49,943 bases of DNA from Limnohabitans sp. (GCA_023255445.1 JALRIL010000049.1:1-49943), one strand, 5' to 3'. Positions 21,239 to 31,311 are shown, counted from the stretch's first letter. The notes: generated by a model from the letters alone, not told the origin. A program made the numbers and translations.

Positions 21239-21988
21239 TCAGAAGGTGTAGCCGTAAGCGCGCATCAGCTGCCGGGCTTTTTCGCCCTGCAAATACGTCA
21301 ACAAGGCCCGTGCGGCGGGCTGTGCAGCGCCTGCGCTCAGCAGTATCGCATCCTGTTTGATGGGCGCATACAGTTGTGGTGGCACCAGCCAGGCCGAGCC
21401 TGTGCTGACTTTGCCGTCCACCATGATTTGCGACAGTGCCACAAAGCCTAGTGCCGCATTACCGGTTTTGACAAACTGGAAGGTCTGGCCTATGTTTTCG
21501 CCCACCACCAGATGAGGCCTCACCGCCGCCGTCAGGCCCCGCGCCGCCAGCACCTGCGCGGCTGCTGCGCCATAGGGTGCCAGGCGCGCGTCGGCCACCG
21601 CCAGCTTGCCTGGTAAAGCGCTGGCCAGCACCGCGCCTTGCGCGTCCACCACACCCGGTTGCGCACTCCATAGCGCCAGCTGCCCCCGCGCGTAGGTGAA
21701 CTGGCTGCTGGCCACGGCCAAGCCATCAGCAGCCAGCTGCGTGGGTGTGTGGCTATCGGCAGCGAGCAGCACGGCAAAGGGCGCGCCGTGACGCACTTGC
21801 GTGGCCAGCTTGCCAGTCGAACCGAGCACCAGCACCGCTTGGTGCCCCGTATCTTGTGCGAACAAGGCGGCCATGGCCTGCATGGGCGCCGCAAAATTGG
21901 ACGCGACGGCCACCTGAACCTGAGCTGCTTGCACGGGCAGAGCCAGCGCGTACATGACCAGTGAGAGCAGGGCTAGCAGAGTGCGCAT
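21239..21988 (-). CDS. modA: Molybdate ABC transporter substrate-binding protein
   Basis: Signal peptide, VAVASNF, GSTGKL, APYGAAA, GENIGQ, GFVALSQ. Confidence 0.93.
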   Translation of the reverse strand: MRTLLALLSLVMYALALPVQAAQVQVAVASNFAAPMQAMAALFAQDTGHQAVLVLGSTGKLATQVRHGAPFAVLLAADSHTPTQLAADGLAVASSQFTYARGQLALWSAQPGVVDAQGAVLASALPGKLAVADARLAPYGAAAAQVLAARGLTAAVRPHLVVGENIGQTFQFVKTGNAALGFVALSQIMVDGKVSTGSAWLVPPQLYAPIKQDAILLSAGAAQPAARALLTYLQGEKARQLMRAYGYTF

Positions 21989-21992
21989 GGGC

Positions 21993-22271
21993 TCAGTTCT
22001 TGCGTGCCGCCCAAAACACTGCGCCTTGGGGTCCGTAACGCTCTGAATGCAAAACACCTCGTGCCAGCTCAAAGGTGCTGCCTGTGGGGTAGTGAGTGGT
22101 GTGGCCATTGACGGTGAGCCAAAATTCGCCTTGGGCCACCAGCGCCTGGGTGTCGAAGGGGTGGGTGTGCGGGTCGTTGGCAAAGTTGGGCGCCCATTCG
22201 CGCAGCAAGACTTCGTTAAAGCCCTCGGCTAGCTTGGTGAGCTGGAATTGGTCAAAAGTCTTTGCGGTCAT
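21993..22271 (-). CDS. Small cupin-domain protein
   Basis: PHTHPFD...GEF...HSERYGPQGA; co-oriented with and 4 bp from modA. Confidence 0.75.
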   Translation of the reverse strand: MTAKTFDQFQLTKLAEGFNEVLLREWAPNFANDPHTHPFDTQALVAQGEFWLTVNGHTTHYPTGSTFELARGVLHSERYGPQGAVFWAARKN

Positions 22272-22402
22272 GGTAGTCCTTGCATGGGTACCTTATTTTG
22301 CTATGGGCGCGCAGTTCACAAGTCCAGTTGAGAAGTGATCTTCTTTGGTGAAAACATGGACTTTGGCTACATATAAAAGATGTTCTTGGCGCTTAAAAAA
22401 CT

Positions 22403-23314
22403 TTAAAAATGCTTTTTCATCGGCAACAGTGAGCGCAGTGTCTTTTTAAGGGCCGAAAGCGCCGGGTCTTGGGCCAGTTCGCTGCGGCTCCATACATATA
22501 GGTCTCGGCGTGAGGTGCCGCCAGGCGGTGGCAATTCAACCAAGGGAAAGCGTTCATGCAGCAGGCTGACGGGCAGGCGGGGCAGTACGGCCAGATGCTG
22601 GCCATTCATTAGCACTTGCAGCAGGATGACGGCATCACCCACGGTGGCAAAACGGGTGCGCATGCGCTGAATGCCGCTGCGATTGAGCATGTCCAGCTCT
22701 GCGTTTTGAAACGGCGAGGTGGTACCCACGTTCATCCAGTCGCAGTCGCCGAAGTCTTCGGCCTGGAATTCGTTGCCTTTGGCCATGGGGTGACTAGGGC
22801 CGCAAAAAATGGAAATGGCGTCTTCGCACAGCAGTTCGCGATCAATGCCTTGCGGGTGTTGGGCATAGACAGCAGGGGCCAACACTACGTCCAGATCGCC
22901 GTCAGTGAGTTGATCGACGATGTTCAATGGCCGTCCGGTGGTGACGCTCAGGGAGATGTGCTTTTGCTCGCGCAAAAAGGTGTCGCTAAGCTGTGGCATC
23001 AGGGCCATGCCGATGAGCGGACCGACACCAACACGCAAGTGTGTATGTAACCCAATTTTGTGGCGAGAGACGGTCTCGTGTGCAGCTTGCATCTGACGGC
23101 CAATGGAGCGGCCAATGCGGGCCAGGTTCTCGCCAAGGGGGGTGCTTTTGACACCGAAACGGCTGCGCATGAAAAGCTGTTCGCCGGCCTGCATTTCCAG
23201 TGTGCTCATATTGCGTGTCAGCGTAGGTTGAGTCAGCAGCAGATGCTGGGCTGCAGCGGTCACCGAGCCCTTGTCCAAGATAACCGCCAGTTGAATCAAG
23301 TGTTTTGGATCCAT
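22403..23314 (-). CDS. LysR-family transcriptional regulator
   Basis: GSVTAAAQHLLLTQPTLTRNMSTLE HTH; divergent from the TAXI-TRAP operon. Confidence 0.9.
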   Translation of the reverse strand: MDPKHLIQLAVILDKGSVTAAAQHLLLTQPTLTRNMSTLEMQAGEQLFMRSRFGVKSTPLGENLARIGRSIGRQMQAAHETVSRHKIGLHTHLRVGVGPLIGMALMPQLSDTFLREQKHISLSVTTGRPLNIVDQLTDGDLDVVLAPAVYAQHPQGIDRELLCEDAISIFCGPSHPMAKGNEFQAEDFGDCDWMNVGTTSPFQNAELDMLNRSGIQRMRTRFATVGDAVILLQVLMNGQHLAVLPRLPVSLLHERFPLVELPPPGGTSRRDLYVWSRSELAQDPALSALKKTLRSLLPMKKHF

Positions 23315-23436
23315 GCAAATATGTTTGTTTGGAGTTGCAAATAAGAATTTTACATATGCACTGGCTCCACATACAGTCGTTCTGTCCACGGTGGAAAACC
23401 GTGCACGAACAAGACATTCCAACAAGGAGACATGCT

Positions 23437-24432
23437 ATGAAGAATTTGCAGTTCGCGCGACGCGTGCTGGTGGTGGGTGCTTTGGGTTTGGCTGCGGCTT
23501 TGCCCACTTGGGCTGCACAGGTGTCGATGGAAACCGCCACGCCCAACAGCGTGGTGGGATTGATGCCACAGGCTATGGCGCCTATTTGGGCCAAGAAAGG
23601 CCTGGATGTGCAACTGGCCTTGGACCAGACGTTGACCAAGTCGCTGCTCAAAGTGGCGCAAGGCACGCTGGACACGGCGGTGGTGCCGCCCCCGGCCTAT
23701 GCTGACCTCAAGGCCGCCCGTGGTGCGTATTCAAAAATGGGGGAAAAAGGCGCAGAGCTGTCGCAAAACGTGCGTGCGCTGTGGGGCTTCACAGCCAGCA
23801 ATTACCAGCCGATCGTGTGGGCGGACAGTGGCATCAAGACCTGGGCTGACATCAAGGGCAAACGTGTCTATATTGGTCCCCCTGCTGGTGCTGGCAATGC
23901 GCAGATCACCAGTTTGGTGATGCGCGCCTCTGGCTTCAAGGACGGCGCAGACTACACACCGGTCAAGGCCCCCTGGGGGGTGGCGCCACAAGGGTTCCAG
24001 GACGGTCAATACGATGTGTTGGTGCTGCCCACGGGCACAGGGGCTTCGGTGATCACCGAGATGTCGCTGTCGCGCCCGATCCGCATCCTGTCTTTGCCCG
24101 CCGATGCCAATCCCCCCAGCGACCTGGGTGTGATCAAGTCGCACATTCCCAAAGGGACCTACAAGGGCCAAGTCAACAATGATCAGGACATCATTACTTG
24201 GCAAACTGTGATGATGATGATGGCTAAGAAATCGCTGCCTGACGATGTGGCTTACATGCTGACCAAGAACTACATGGAAAGTCGCAAGAGTTTGGCAGCT
24301 GGCAATGCCATGCTCAAGGAATTACCCAGTGACAATCCATTGGGTGGCGTGATAGCGCCCCTGCATCCGGGTGCTGCCAGGTACTACAAAGAAGCAGGTA
24401 TCTCCATTCCGGCCGAGCTGATCCCCAAGTAA
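23437..24432 (+). CDS. TAXI-family TRAP solute-binding protein
   Basis: Signal peptide; SGIKTWADIKGKRV, IPKGTY, PLHPGAARYYKEAG; AAGGAG RBS. Confidence 0.9.
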   Translation: MKNLQFARRVLVVGALGLAAALPTWAAQVSMETATPNSVVGLMPQAMAPIWAKKGLDVQLALDQTLTKSLLKVAQGTLDTAVVPPPAYADLKAARGAYSKMGEKGAELSQNVRALWGFTASNYQPIVWADSGIKTWADIKGKRVYIGPPAGAGNAQITSLVMRASGFKDGADYTPVKAPWGVAPQGFQDGQYDVLVLPTGTGASVITEMSLSRPIRILSLPADANPPSDLGVIKSHIPKGTYKGQVNNDQDIITWQTVMMMMAKKSLPDDVAYMLTKNYMESRKSLAAGNAMLKELPSDNPLGGVIAPLHPGAARYYKEAGISIPAELIPK

Positions 24433-24492
24433 ATACATAAAAATCGAACACCGCTCCTGGGCTCTTCTTGGGCCCGGGAAAGGAGACGCCTC

Positions 24493-26418
24493 ATGAAAAT
24501 ATTACCGAGCCGCTGGCAAGCGCTACTCTTGGATGTGCTCGCTTTGGGCGTGACCTTGTACGGCATGGCAAACGTGATGCCTGCGATTGGTAGCTTCCGT
24601 CTGGGGCCGTTCCCGATGGAGTTCTTCAGGGCGACTTTCTTTGCGGCTTGTGTGATGGTGGTGGGTTTAGGCATGGGGATGCCCAAGTTCGGCGGGGCCA
24701 CGACAAGTAGGGGGCTCAAGCTGGGCTCGACGCTGTCGGTAGGGGTGCTCTTGTGGGCGTCCTGGTCGTATTACGAAGTGGGTATGGCCATGGCCGACGA
24801 CATCGTGATGTTCGGCATCAAGGAGTCAATGATTGCGTTGGCTGCATCGGCAGCCGTGTTGTTTTTCTGCTGGCACATCTGGGGTGGTGCTGTATCTCTG
24901 CTGGGGGTGTTGGGGGTGGCGTATCTGATCGCAGGCCCCTATTTACCTGGACCACTTAAAACGGTGGCTGGTGATGTGCACGAATTGTTGGCTCAGAACC
25001 TTTGGTACAACTTGGACACAGGCATTCTGGGCAGCACCTTTTCGATCGTAATAACAACGGTGTTCCCGTTCATCGTACTCGGCGCAGTGCTGGAAGGTGT
25101 GGGTGCCGGAGATTCGATGATCCGCATCGCTTTTGCCATGATGAAGAAAACCGCAGGGGGGCCCGCCCATGCGGCCGTGTTGGCCTCGGGCTTGTTCGGC
25201 ACGGTCTCGGGCAGCGCCGTGGCCAACGTGGTGGGCACCGGGGTGGTGACCATTCCCATGATCAAAAAGCGCGGATTTTCCAAAGACTTTGCCGGTGCCG
25301 TGGAAGCCGCTGCATCAACTGGGGGGCAGATCATGCCTCCCATCATGGGCGCTGCAGCACTGGTGATGGCGGATTATGTGGGGGTGAGTTACCTGACGAT
25401 TGTGTTGGCGGTCCTGGTCCCCTCCATCGCGTTTTACCTTAGCCTGTTCTTGATGATCATGTTCGAGACAAGACGGTTGGGCATCAAGGCGGATGCTTCT
25501 TCCATCGATGTGCCTGCGCCTACGCTGCAGGATTACATGAATCTGGTGCTGATCTTTGGCCCATTGGTATTGATTGTGTTGTTGTTGGTTGCGGGCTTCT
25601 CGGTGTCTGGCGCGTCGCTTGCAGCTATTGCCTTGTTGTTTCCGCTGAGCTTCATCAATCCGGCCGTGCGTGAGCGTCCGATGCTGCTGATCAAGGCTTT
25701 GAGTGCCGGCGGCACCACTTTTGCGGGCTTGCTGACGGCGATTGCAGCGGTTGGCATTGTGATCTCCACGCTGGCCGCCACGGGGGTTCCCGTCAAGTTC
25801 GGTGTGTTGCTTAGCACGGCCATGGACTCGTCGCTGCTGGTGGCCTTGATTATCGTGGCCATGGGGTGCACGATTTTGGGCATGGGCATGCCCACGCTGC
25901 CTGCATATGTGACGGTGGCTGCCATTGCCTTGCCCTCGATGCAGGCGCTGGGTCTGCAGCCGCTGACGGCGCACATGTTTGTGTTCATGATCGCGGTGGC
26001 GTCCACCATCACCCCGCCCGTGGCCATTGCCGCCTATGCCGCCGCGTCCATCTCGGGGGGCAAGCCGATTGGCACAGCAGTTCAGGCGTCGCGCATTGGC
26101 ATCATGATTTTTGTGATCCCGTTTGCCTTTGCCTACGAGCCGCTGTTGTTGACCGTCCCGCAAGCCGGAGGGGTATTCAGTTGGTCTGACTACATCTTTT
26201 TGATTGTGCGTCTGTTGGTGGCCATGTACATCCTGGCCAGCGCCTTGATTGGCTTTGACGTGCGCCAGTTGCCTTGGTGGCAGATCGCTGTGCGCTTTGT
26301 GGCCTGCGTGCTGATCTTCGCACCTGGCCATCTCTCGACCATGATCGGTTTGGGCTTGACAGGCATTGCGCTGGCTGAGCACTGGTTGGTGCGTCAAAAA
26401 ACTGCGGTGAGCGCCTGA
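24493..26418 (+). CDS. TRAP transporter fused (4TM/12TM) permease
   Basis: GTVSGSAVANVVGTG, EAAASTGGQIMPPIMGA, LGMGMPT, ITPPVAIAA. Confidence 0.93.
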   Translation: MKILPSRWQALLLDVLALGVTLYGMANVMPAIGSFRLGPFPMEFFRATFFAACVMVVGLGMGMPKFGGATTSRGLKLGSTLSVGVLLWASWSYYEVGMAMADDIVMFGIKESMIALAASAAVLFFCWHIWGGAVSLLGVLGVAYLIAGPYLPGPLKTVAGDVHELLAQNLWYNLDTGILGSTFSIVITTVFPFIVLGAVLEGVGAGDSMIRIAFAMMKKTAGGPAHAAVLASGLFGTVSGSAVANVVGTGVVTIPMIKKRGFSKDFAGAVEAAASTGGQIMPPIMGAAALVMADYVGVSYLTIVLAVLVPSIAFYLSLFLMIMFETRRLGIKADASSIDVPAPTLQDYMNLVLIFGPLVLIVLLLVAGFSVSGASLAAIALLFPLSFINPAVRERPMLLIKALSAGGTTFAGLLTAIAAVGIVISTLAATGVPVKFGVLLSTAMDSSLLVALIIVAMGCTILGMGMPTLPAYVTVAAIALPSMQALGLQPLTAHMFVFMIAVASTITPPVAIAAYAAASISGGKPIGTAVQASRIGIMIFVIPFAFAYEPLLLTVPQAGGVFSWSDYIFLIVRLLVAMYILASALIGFDVRQLPWWQIAVRFVACVLIFAPGHLSTMIGLGLTGIALAEHWLVRQKTAVSA

Positions 26419-26440
26419 GTTTTTCTGTAAATTTTTAAAT

Positions 26441-27769
26441 ATGCAACAACGTCCCAACATCATCTTCATCGTTTCTGACGATCTGGGCTATGCCGATCTG
26501 GGCTGCTACGGTGGCCGCGAGGCACAGTTCGGACAAGTCTCCCCCAACATCGACAAACTGGCCGAAGGGGGCATCAAGTTCACCCAGGGTTATGCCAACT
26601 CGTCGGTGTGCTCGCCCACGCGCTTTGCCATGATCACCATGCGCTACCAGTACCGCTTGCGTGGCGCGATGGAAGAGCCCATCAACAGCCGCAGCAAGGG
26701 CAGCGCCACGCTGGGCCTGCCGACCGAAATTCCGACCCTGCCGTCGCTGTTGCGCGATGCGGGCTACAACACCGCACTGGTCGGCAAGTGGCACCTGGGT
26801 TATCCGCCCAACTTTGGACCGCAGCGCTCGGGCTACGACGAGTTTTTTGGCATCATGGCCGGGGGGGTGGACTACTTCACACACTGCTCGAGCAAAGGCG
26901 ATCACGACCTCTACCATGGCGAAAAAGAACACATGGAGGTCGGCTACCTGACCGACATCTTCAGCCAGCGTGCGGTGGATTACATCGACCGCATGGCTCA
27001 TGAAGCCCAGGGCGGCAAGCCTTTCTTTCTGAGCCTGCACTACACCGCGCCCCACTGGCCTTGGGAAACCCGAGACGACGCACACGTGGCCGCTGACGTG
27101 GCCAAGAACCTGTTTCATTTGGACGGCGGCAACATCCACAGCTATCGCAAGATGATCCACCACATGGATGAGGGCATCGGTTGGGTCATGGATGCCCTGC
27201 GCAAGCACGGGCTTGAGCACAACACCCTGGTCGTGTTCACCAGCGACAACGGGGGCGAGCGTTTCAGTGACAACTGGCCACTGGTGGGCGGCAAGATGGA
27301 CCTGACCGAAGGCGGTATTCGTGTGCCATGGATTGCGCATTGGCCCGCTCAGATTCCGGCGGGTACCACCAGTGAGCAACACTGCATGACGATGGACTGG
27401 TCGGCCACGATGCTCGACATCGGTGGCGCAAAGGCGAACCCGGACTACCCGCTGGACGGCGTTTCCGTCTTGCCGGTGTTGCGCGATCCGGGCTACCGTT
27501 TTGAGCGCCCGCTGTATTGGCGCATGAACCACCGCAGCCAGCGCGCCTTGCGTGTGGGGGATTGGAAATACCTCAAGGTCGACGACCACGAGTACTTGTT
27601 CAACCTGACCCACGATGCACGCGAGCGTGCCAACCTGGCAGCGCGCGAGCCCGAGCGCATGCTCACCATGCGTGCGCAATGGGAGCAGTGGAACGACACC
27701 ATTCCACCCATCCCAGCCGATGCGACCGTGAGTCTGGGCTATTCCGTCAAAGACATGCCCCAGCGTTGA
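26441..27769 (+). CDS. Cys-type (formylglycine-dependent) sulfatase, no signal peptide
   Basis: PNIIFIVSDDLG, CSPTR (CxPxR), GKWHLG, APHWP, TSDNG, EGGIRVP. Confidence 0.92.
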   Translation: MQQRPNIIFIVSDDLGYADLGCYGGREAQFGQVSPNIDKLAEGGIKFTQGYANSSVCSPTRFAMITMRYQYRLRGAMEEPINSRSKGSATLGLPTEIPTLPSLLRDAGYNTALVGKWHLGYPPNFGPQRSGYDEFFGIMAGGVDYFTHCSSKGDHDLYHGEKEHMEVGYLTDIFSQRAVDYIDRMAHEAQGGKPFFLSLHYTAPHWPWETRDDAHVAADVAKNLFHLDGGNIHSYRKMIHHMDEGIGWVMDALRKHGLEHNTLVVFTSDNGGERFSDNWPLVGGKMDLTEGGIRVPWIAHWPAQIPAGTTSEQHCMTMDWSATMLDIGGAKANPDYPLDGVSVLPVLRDPGYRFERPLYWRMNHRSQRALRVGDWKYLKVDDHEYLFNLTHDARERANLAAREPERMLTMRAQWEQWNDTIPPIPADATVSLGYSVKDMPQR

Positions 27770-27786
27770 AGGAACCTGGCGTGCGC

Positions 27787-29436
27787 ATGCCATGGCATCG
27801 GTTCTTGCCATTTCTGGCGTGGCCGCGACCCACGCGAGATTTGCTCAAAAGTGAGGCGCTGGCGGGTCTGACGGTGGGCTTGATGGTCATTCCGCAAGGT
27901 GTGGCTTATGCAGCACTGGCGGGCATGCCACTGCAGACGGGGCTTTATGCGTCCATGTTGCCCGCTTTGGTGGCGGTGCTTTTCAGTTCTTCGGTGCGTT
28001 TGTCGGTGGGGCCAACAGCCCTGAGTTGTTTGCTGGTTTCGGCTTCTTTGGCGGGGCTGGCGCCACCGGGCTCGGCCGAATGGGTCACCTTGGCGGTGTG
28101 GCTGTCCATCCTGGCGGGTCTGACCCAAGTCGTGCTCGGTTGGGTGCGCTTTGGGTGGCTGCTCAACCTGGTCAATGCACCGGTGTTGATGGCTTTTACG
28201 CAAGCAGCAGCGGTGTTGATCATTTTGTCGCAGTACAAGAGTTTGCTGGGTTGGCCCTTGTGGGGTCAGTCCACACACATCGAAGCACTGGCCTATGGCC
28301 TGCTCAGTCTGGCGTTGCTGTGGTGGTCTAGGCGCATCAAACCGACCTTCCCAGCCGTCTTGGTGCTGGTTTTGGTGTCAGCGGGCGTCAGCCACTACAC
28401 CGGCTATGCCGAACGCGGTGGTCCGGTGGTGGGGAGTCTGCCCTCGGGCGTGCCCTTGCTGATGTGGCCTGGTGCGGTCGAATGGCAGACTTTGCAAGCT
28501 TTGTTTGTACCGGCGGTCGTGATCACGCTGGTGAGCTTTTTGGAGACCGCTTCCAGCGCCAAGGTAGACAACGCAGGCCAAGGTACACGCTGGAACCAGA
28601 ATCAGGACTTGATCGGTCAGGGTTTGGCCAAGATCACTTCGGGGCTGGTGGGCGCATTTCCCACCAGCTCATCGTTCAGCCGTTCTGCACTCAACCTTTA
28701 TGCAGGCGCCCAGACCGGTTGGGCCACGGTGTTTTCTGTGGCGGTGGTGTGGTTGGCGTCCATGTATGGGTTGCCTGTGCTCTACCATGTGCCGCAAGGG
28801 GTGTTGGCTGCCATTGTGGTGGTGGCAGTGTTGGGCTTGATCAAGCCGGCCCAGTTTGTGCGCCTGTGGCGTGTCACGCGCGTGGAAGCCGTGATTGCTG
28901 CCGTGACCTTTGCGGCCACTCTGCTGTCTGCGCCCAAGATGTACTGGGGCGTGTTGACCGGGGTGTTGATAGCCCTGGCCCATTTTTTGTACCAACGCTT
29001 GCACCCACGCATCATCGAAGTGGGCCAGCATCCGGACGGGCGTTTGCGCGACAGGCACCTGTGGTCGCTGCCGCCTATTGCGCCGGACACGTTTGCGCTG
29101 CGCATGGATGCAGAGTTAGACTTTGGCTCAGCCAATGCGCTGGAGCAAAAGATACTGGAGCATGTGGCGGCGTACCCCAAGGTGCGTCATGTGGCGCTGT
29201 TTGCACAGCCTATCAACCGTATTGACGCGACGGGCATCGAGGTGTTCGAGCGCATCGCCTTGCAAATGGCCGCGCAAGACAGGCAGCTGATCGTGGTGGG
29301 CGCCAAGTTGCCCGTGGAACGGACTCTCAAGGCTGCAGGCGTGTTTGATCGGGCGACAGCTTTGCTGGTTTTTGTGCGCGATGAGGAAGCTTTGGCTTAT
29401 TTGCGCGAAATGGAGACTCGTGCGATCCAGTCTTGA
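27787..29436 (+). CDS. SulP-family anion transporter with STAS domain
   Basis: AGLTVGLMVIPQGVAYAALAG, NQDLIGQG, SSFSRSA, C-terminal STAS. Confidence 0.92.
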   Translation: MPWHRFLPFLAWPRPTRDLLKSEALAGLTVGLMVIPQGVAYAALAGMPLQTGLYASMLPALVAVLFSSSVRLSVGPTALSCLLVSASLAGLAPPGSAEWVTLAVWLSILAGLTQVVLGWVRFGWLLNLVNAPVLMAFTQAAAVLIILSQYKSLLGWPLWGQSTHIEALAYGLLSLALLWWSRRIKPTFPAVLVLVLVSAGVSHYTGYAERGGPVVGSLPSGVPLLMWPGAVEWQTLQALFVPAVVITLVSFLETASSAKVDNAGQGTRWNQNQDLIGQGLAKITSGLVGAFPTSSSFSRSALNLYAGAQTGWATVFSVAVVWLASMYGLPVLYHVPQGVLAAIVVVAVLGLIKPAQFVRLWRVTRVEAVIAAVTFAATLLSAPKMYWGVLTGVLIALAHFLYQRLHPRIIEVGQHPDGRLRDRHLWSLPPIAPDTFALRMDAELDFGSANALEQKILEHVAAYPKVRHVALFAQPINRIDATGIEVFERIALQMAAQDRQLIVVGAKLPVERTLKAAGVFDRATALLVFVRDEEALAYLREMETRAIQS

Positions 29437-30059
29437 TAAGCCTGATTAGCGGCTTTGCGATCGGCACTCACGCGTTGCATGGCAGGGCGTTCAGCCAGGG
29501 TTGCCAGGTACGCTTTGATCGGCAAGTCCTGCAAAAAGTCTTCGCCATAGATCTGGCGTGTGGCCATGCTGATGACGGGCAGGTGCACCGCAGCTGCGCA
29601 GTCGGCCAGGGTGAAAGTGTCGCCCGCCACATAAGGCGAAAACTTGGCCAGGGAGCTGAAGGCGGCGATGTGTTTGCGCAGCACTTTGGCGGCCCGGTCG
29701 ATCACGTCTTGTGAGACCTTGCCGCCAAAGAAGGCCTGTGGGTAGAGCTTGCGGGCTTCAAGTTCCAGGTGCAGTTCAATGTAGGTGCTGATCTCGCGTA
29801 CCTTGGCGGCAGCATACGGCTCGGTGGGTAACAAGGCGGGTTGGGGCTGCAGTTGCTCCAGGTATTCGAGGATGACGGCAGACTCGCTCAAAGGCCCCTG
29901 GGGTGTGCGCAGGTAAGGCACTTTGCCCAGCGGTGAGCAAGCCGGGTCGGTCTCGCCCACATAGGTGGTGGACTCTTCAAAAGCGATGCCTTTTTCGAGC
30001 AGGGCGAATTTGACTTTGTTGTAGTAATTGCTGACGCCAAAGCCGCAGAGTGTGAGCAT
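29397..30059 (-). CDS. Glutathione S-transferase family protein
   Basis: SNYYNKVK, SPLGKVP, ESAVILEYL, YVAGDTFTLADC. Confidence 0.9.
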   Translation of the reverse strand: MLTLCGFGVSNYYNKVKFALLEKGIAFEESTTYVGETDPACSPLGKVPYLRTPQGPLSESAVILEYLEQLQPQPALLPTEPYAAAKVREISTYIELHLELEARKLYPQAFFGGKVSQDVIDRAAKVLRKHIAAFSSLAKFSPYVAGDTFTLADCAAAVHLPVISMATRQIYGEDFLQDLPIKAYLATLAERPAMQRVSADRKAANQAYQDWIARVSISRK

Positions 30060-30156
30060 GGGGTTCTCCTGTTGAAGAACTCAAGCTTAGTCTACGAACG
30101 CATGGGGCGGCGTGCTTTTTGGGACAATGCGGGCATGCCTTCCCGCTTTGTGATTC

Positions 30157-31311
30157 ATGCGGCTTGAATTCCGCTCGGTTGTGCTGCGCCTGATTGTGGC
30201 GCAGATGTGTCTGCACGCCACCATGTCCGGCGTGCGCATGGCCGCGCCTTTGCTGGCGCTCAAGCTCGGTTACAGCGCCATGAGTGTTGGCGTGTTGCTG
30301 GCGCTGTTTGCCCTTGCGCAGGTGTTTCTGGCCTTGCCGGTGGGGCGCTTGACGGACAAACACGGCTCGCGCTTGCCGATTTTTGTGGCGGTGGCGGCAT
30401 CGTCGCTCAGTGTGTTAGCGGCGGGTCTGTGGCCGGTGTTTGAGGTGTTGTGCGTGACGGCGGTGCTCAGTGGCTCCGCTTCGGGCACGGTCATGATTGC
30501 AGTGCAGCGCCACGCCGGGCGCCTGAGCCACGACCAGGGCGACATTCGGCAAATCTTCAGCTGGATGGCCATTGCCCCTACGCTGGCCAATTTTGTAGGG
30601 CCCTTCTTTACCGGGCTGCTGATTGACGCGGTGGACTTTGGTCCGACCTTCATGCTGCTGTCTTTGGTGCCGCCGGTGTCAGCCTGGGCGGTATACCGCC
30701 TTCAGGACCGGCGTGCGCAGCACGAAGGCGAGGTCGCTTCGGGCACGCCCAAGGGCTCTTCGTTTGAGCTGTTGCGCAATCAACCGCTGCGCCGGCTGTT
30801 GCTGATCAATTGGATGCTGTCCTCGTGCTGGGATGTACACGCCTTCATGGTGCCTTTGCTCGGACACGAGCTGGGCCTGAGCGCATCGGCCATCGGCACG
30901 ATTTTGGGCGCGTTTGCGCTGGCGGCCACGGCCATTCGTCTGACCATGCCCTGGGTGGCACGTCATGTGCGGGAAATGCAGGCGGTGGCCATTGCCATGG
31001 TGATGACGGGGGTGTTCTTTGTCATCTACCCCTTCTCCAGCGGGGCCTGGATGATGGGCGTTTTGTCCACGCTGTTGGGCATGTCGCTGGGTTCGGTGCA
31101 GCCCATGATCATGAGCACCTTGCACCACGTGACCCCGCGTGAACGCCAGGGCGAGGCGCTGGGCTTGCGCATCATGACCATTTACGCCTCCAGCGTCATC
31201 ATGCCCTTGGCCTTTGGCTCACTGGGCGCCTTGGTGGGGGCAACGGCGGTGTTCTGGACGGTAGGGGCGGTGGTGGGGCTGGGCTCACGGTTGGCGCGAC
31301 GGCTGTCATAA
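30157..31311 (+). CDS. MFS transporter
   Basis: About 12 hydrophobic segments; motif A GRLTDKHGSR. Confidence 0.85.
   Translation: MRLEFRSVVLRLIVAQMCLHATMSGVRMAAPLLALKLGYSAMSVGVLLALFALAQVFLALPVGRLTDKHGSRLPIFVAVAASSLSVLAAGLWPVFEVLCVTAVLSGSASGTVMIAVQRHAGRLSHDQGDIRQIFSWMAIAPTLANFVGPFFTGLLIDAVDFGPTFMLLSLVPPVSAWAVYRLQDRRAQHEGEVASGTPKGSSFELLRNQPLRRLLLINWMLSSCWDVHAFMVPLLGHELGLSASAIGTILGAFALAATAIRLTMPWVARHVREMQAVAIAMVMTGVFFVIYPFSSGAWMMGVLSTLLGMSLGSVQPMIMSTLHHVTPRERQGEALGLRIMTIYASSVIMPLAFGSLGALVGATAVFWTVGAVVGLGSRLARRLS

Noticed and set aside
22272-22402. Moco/Tuco riboswitch or ModE box upstream of cupin-modABC
   Set aside because: Some inverted repeats (AAGTCCA/TGGACTT, AGAAG/CTTCT) and one ModE-like half-site exist, but I could not match the Moco RNA pattern or a full ModE dyad. 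An Infernal search against the Rfam Moco model would settle it.
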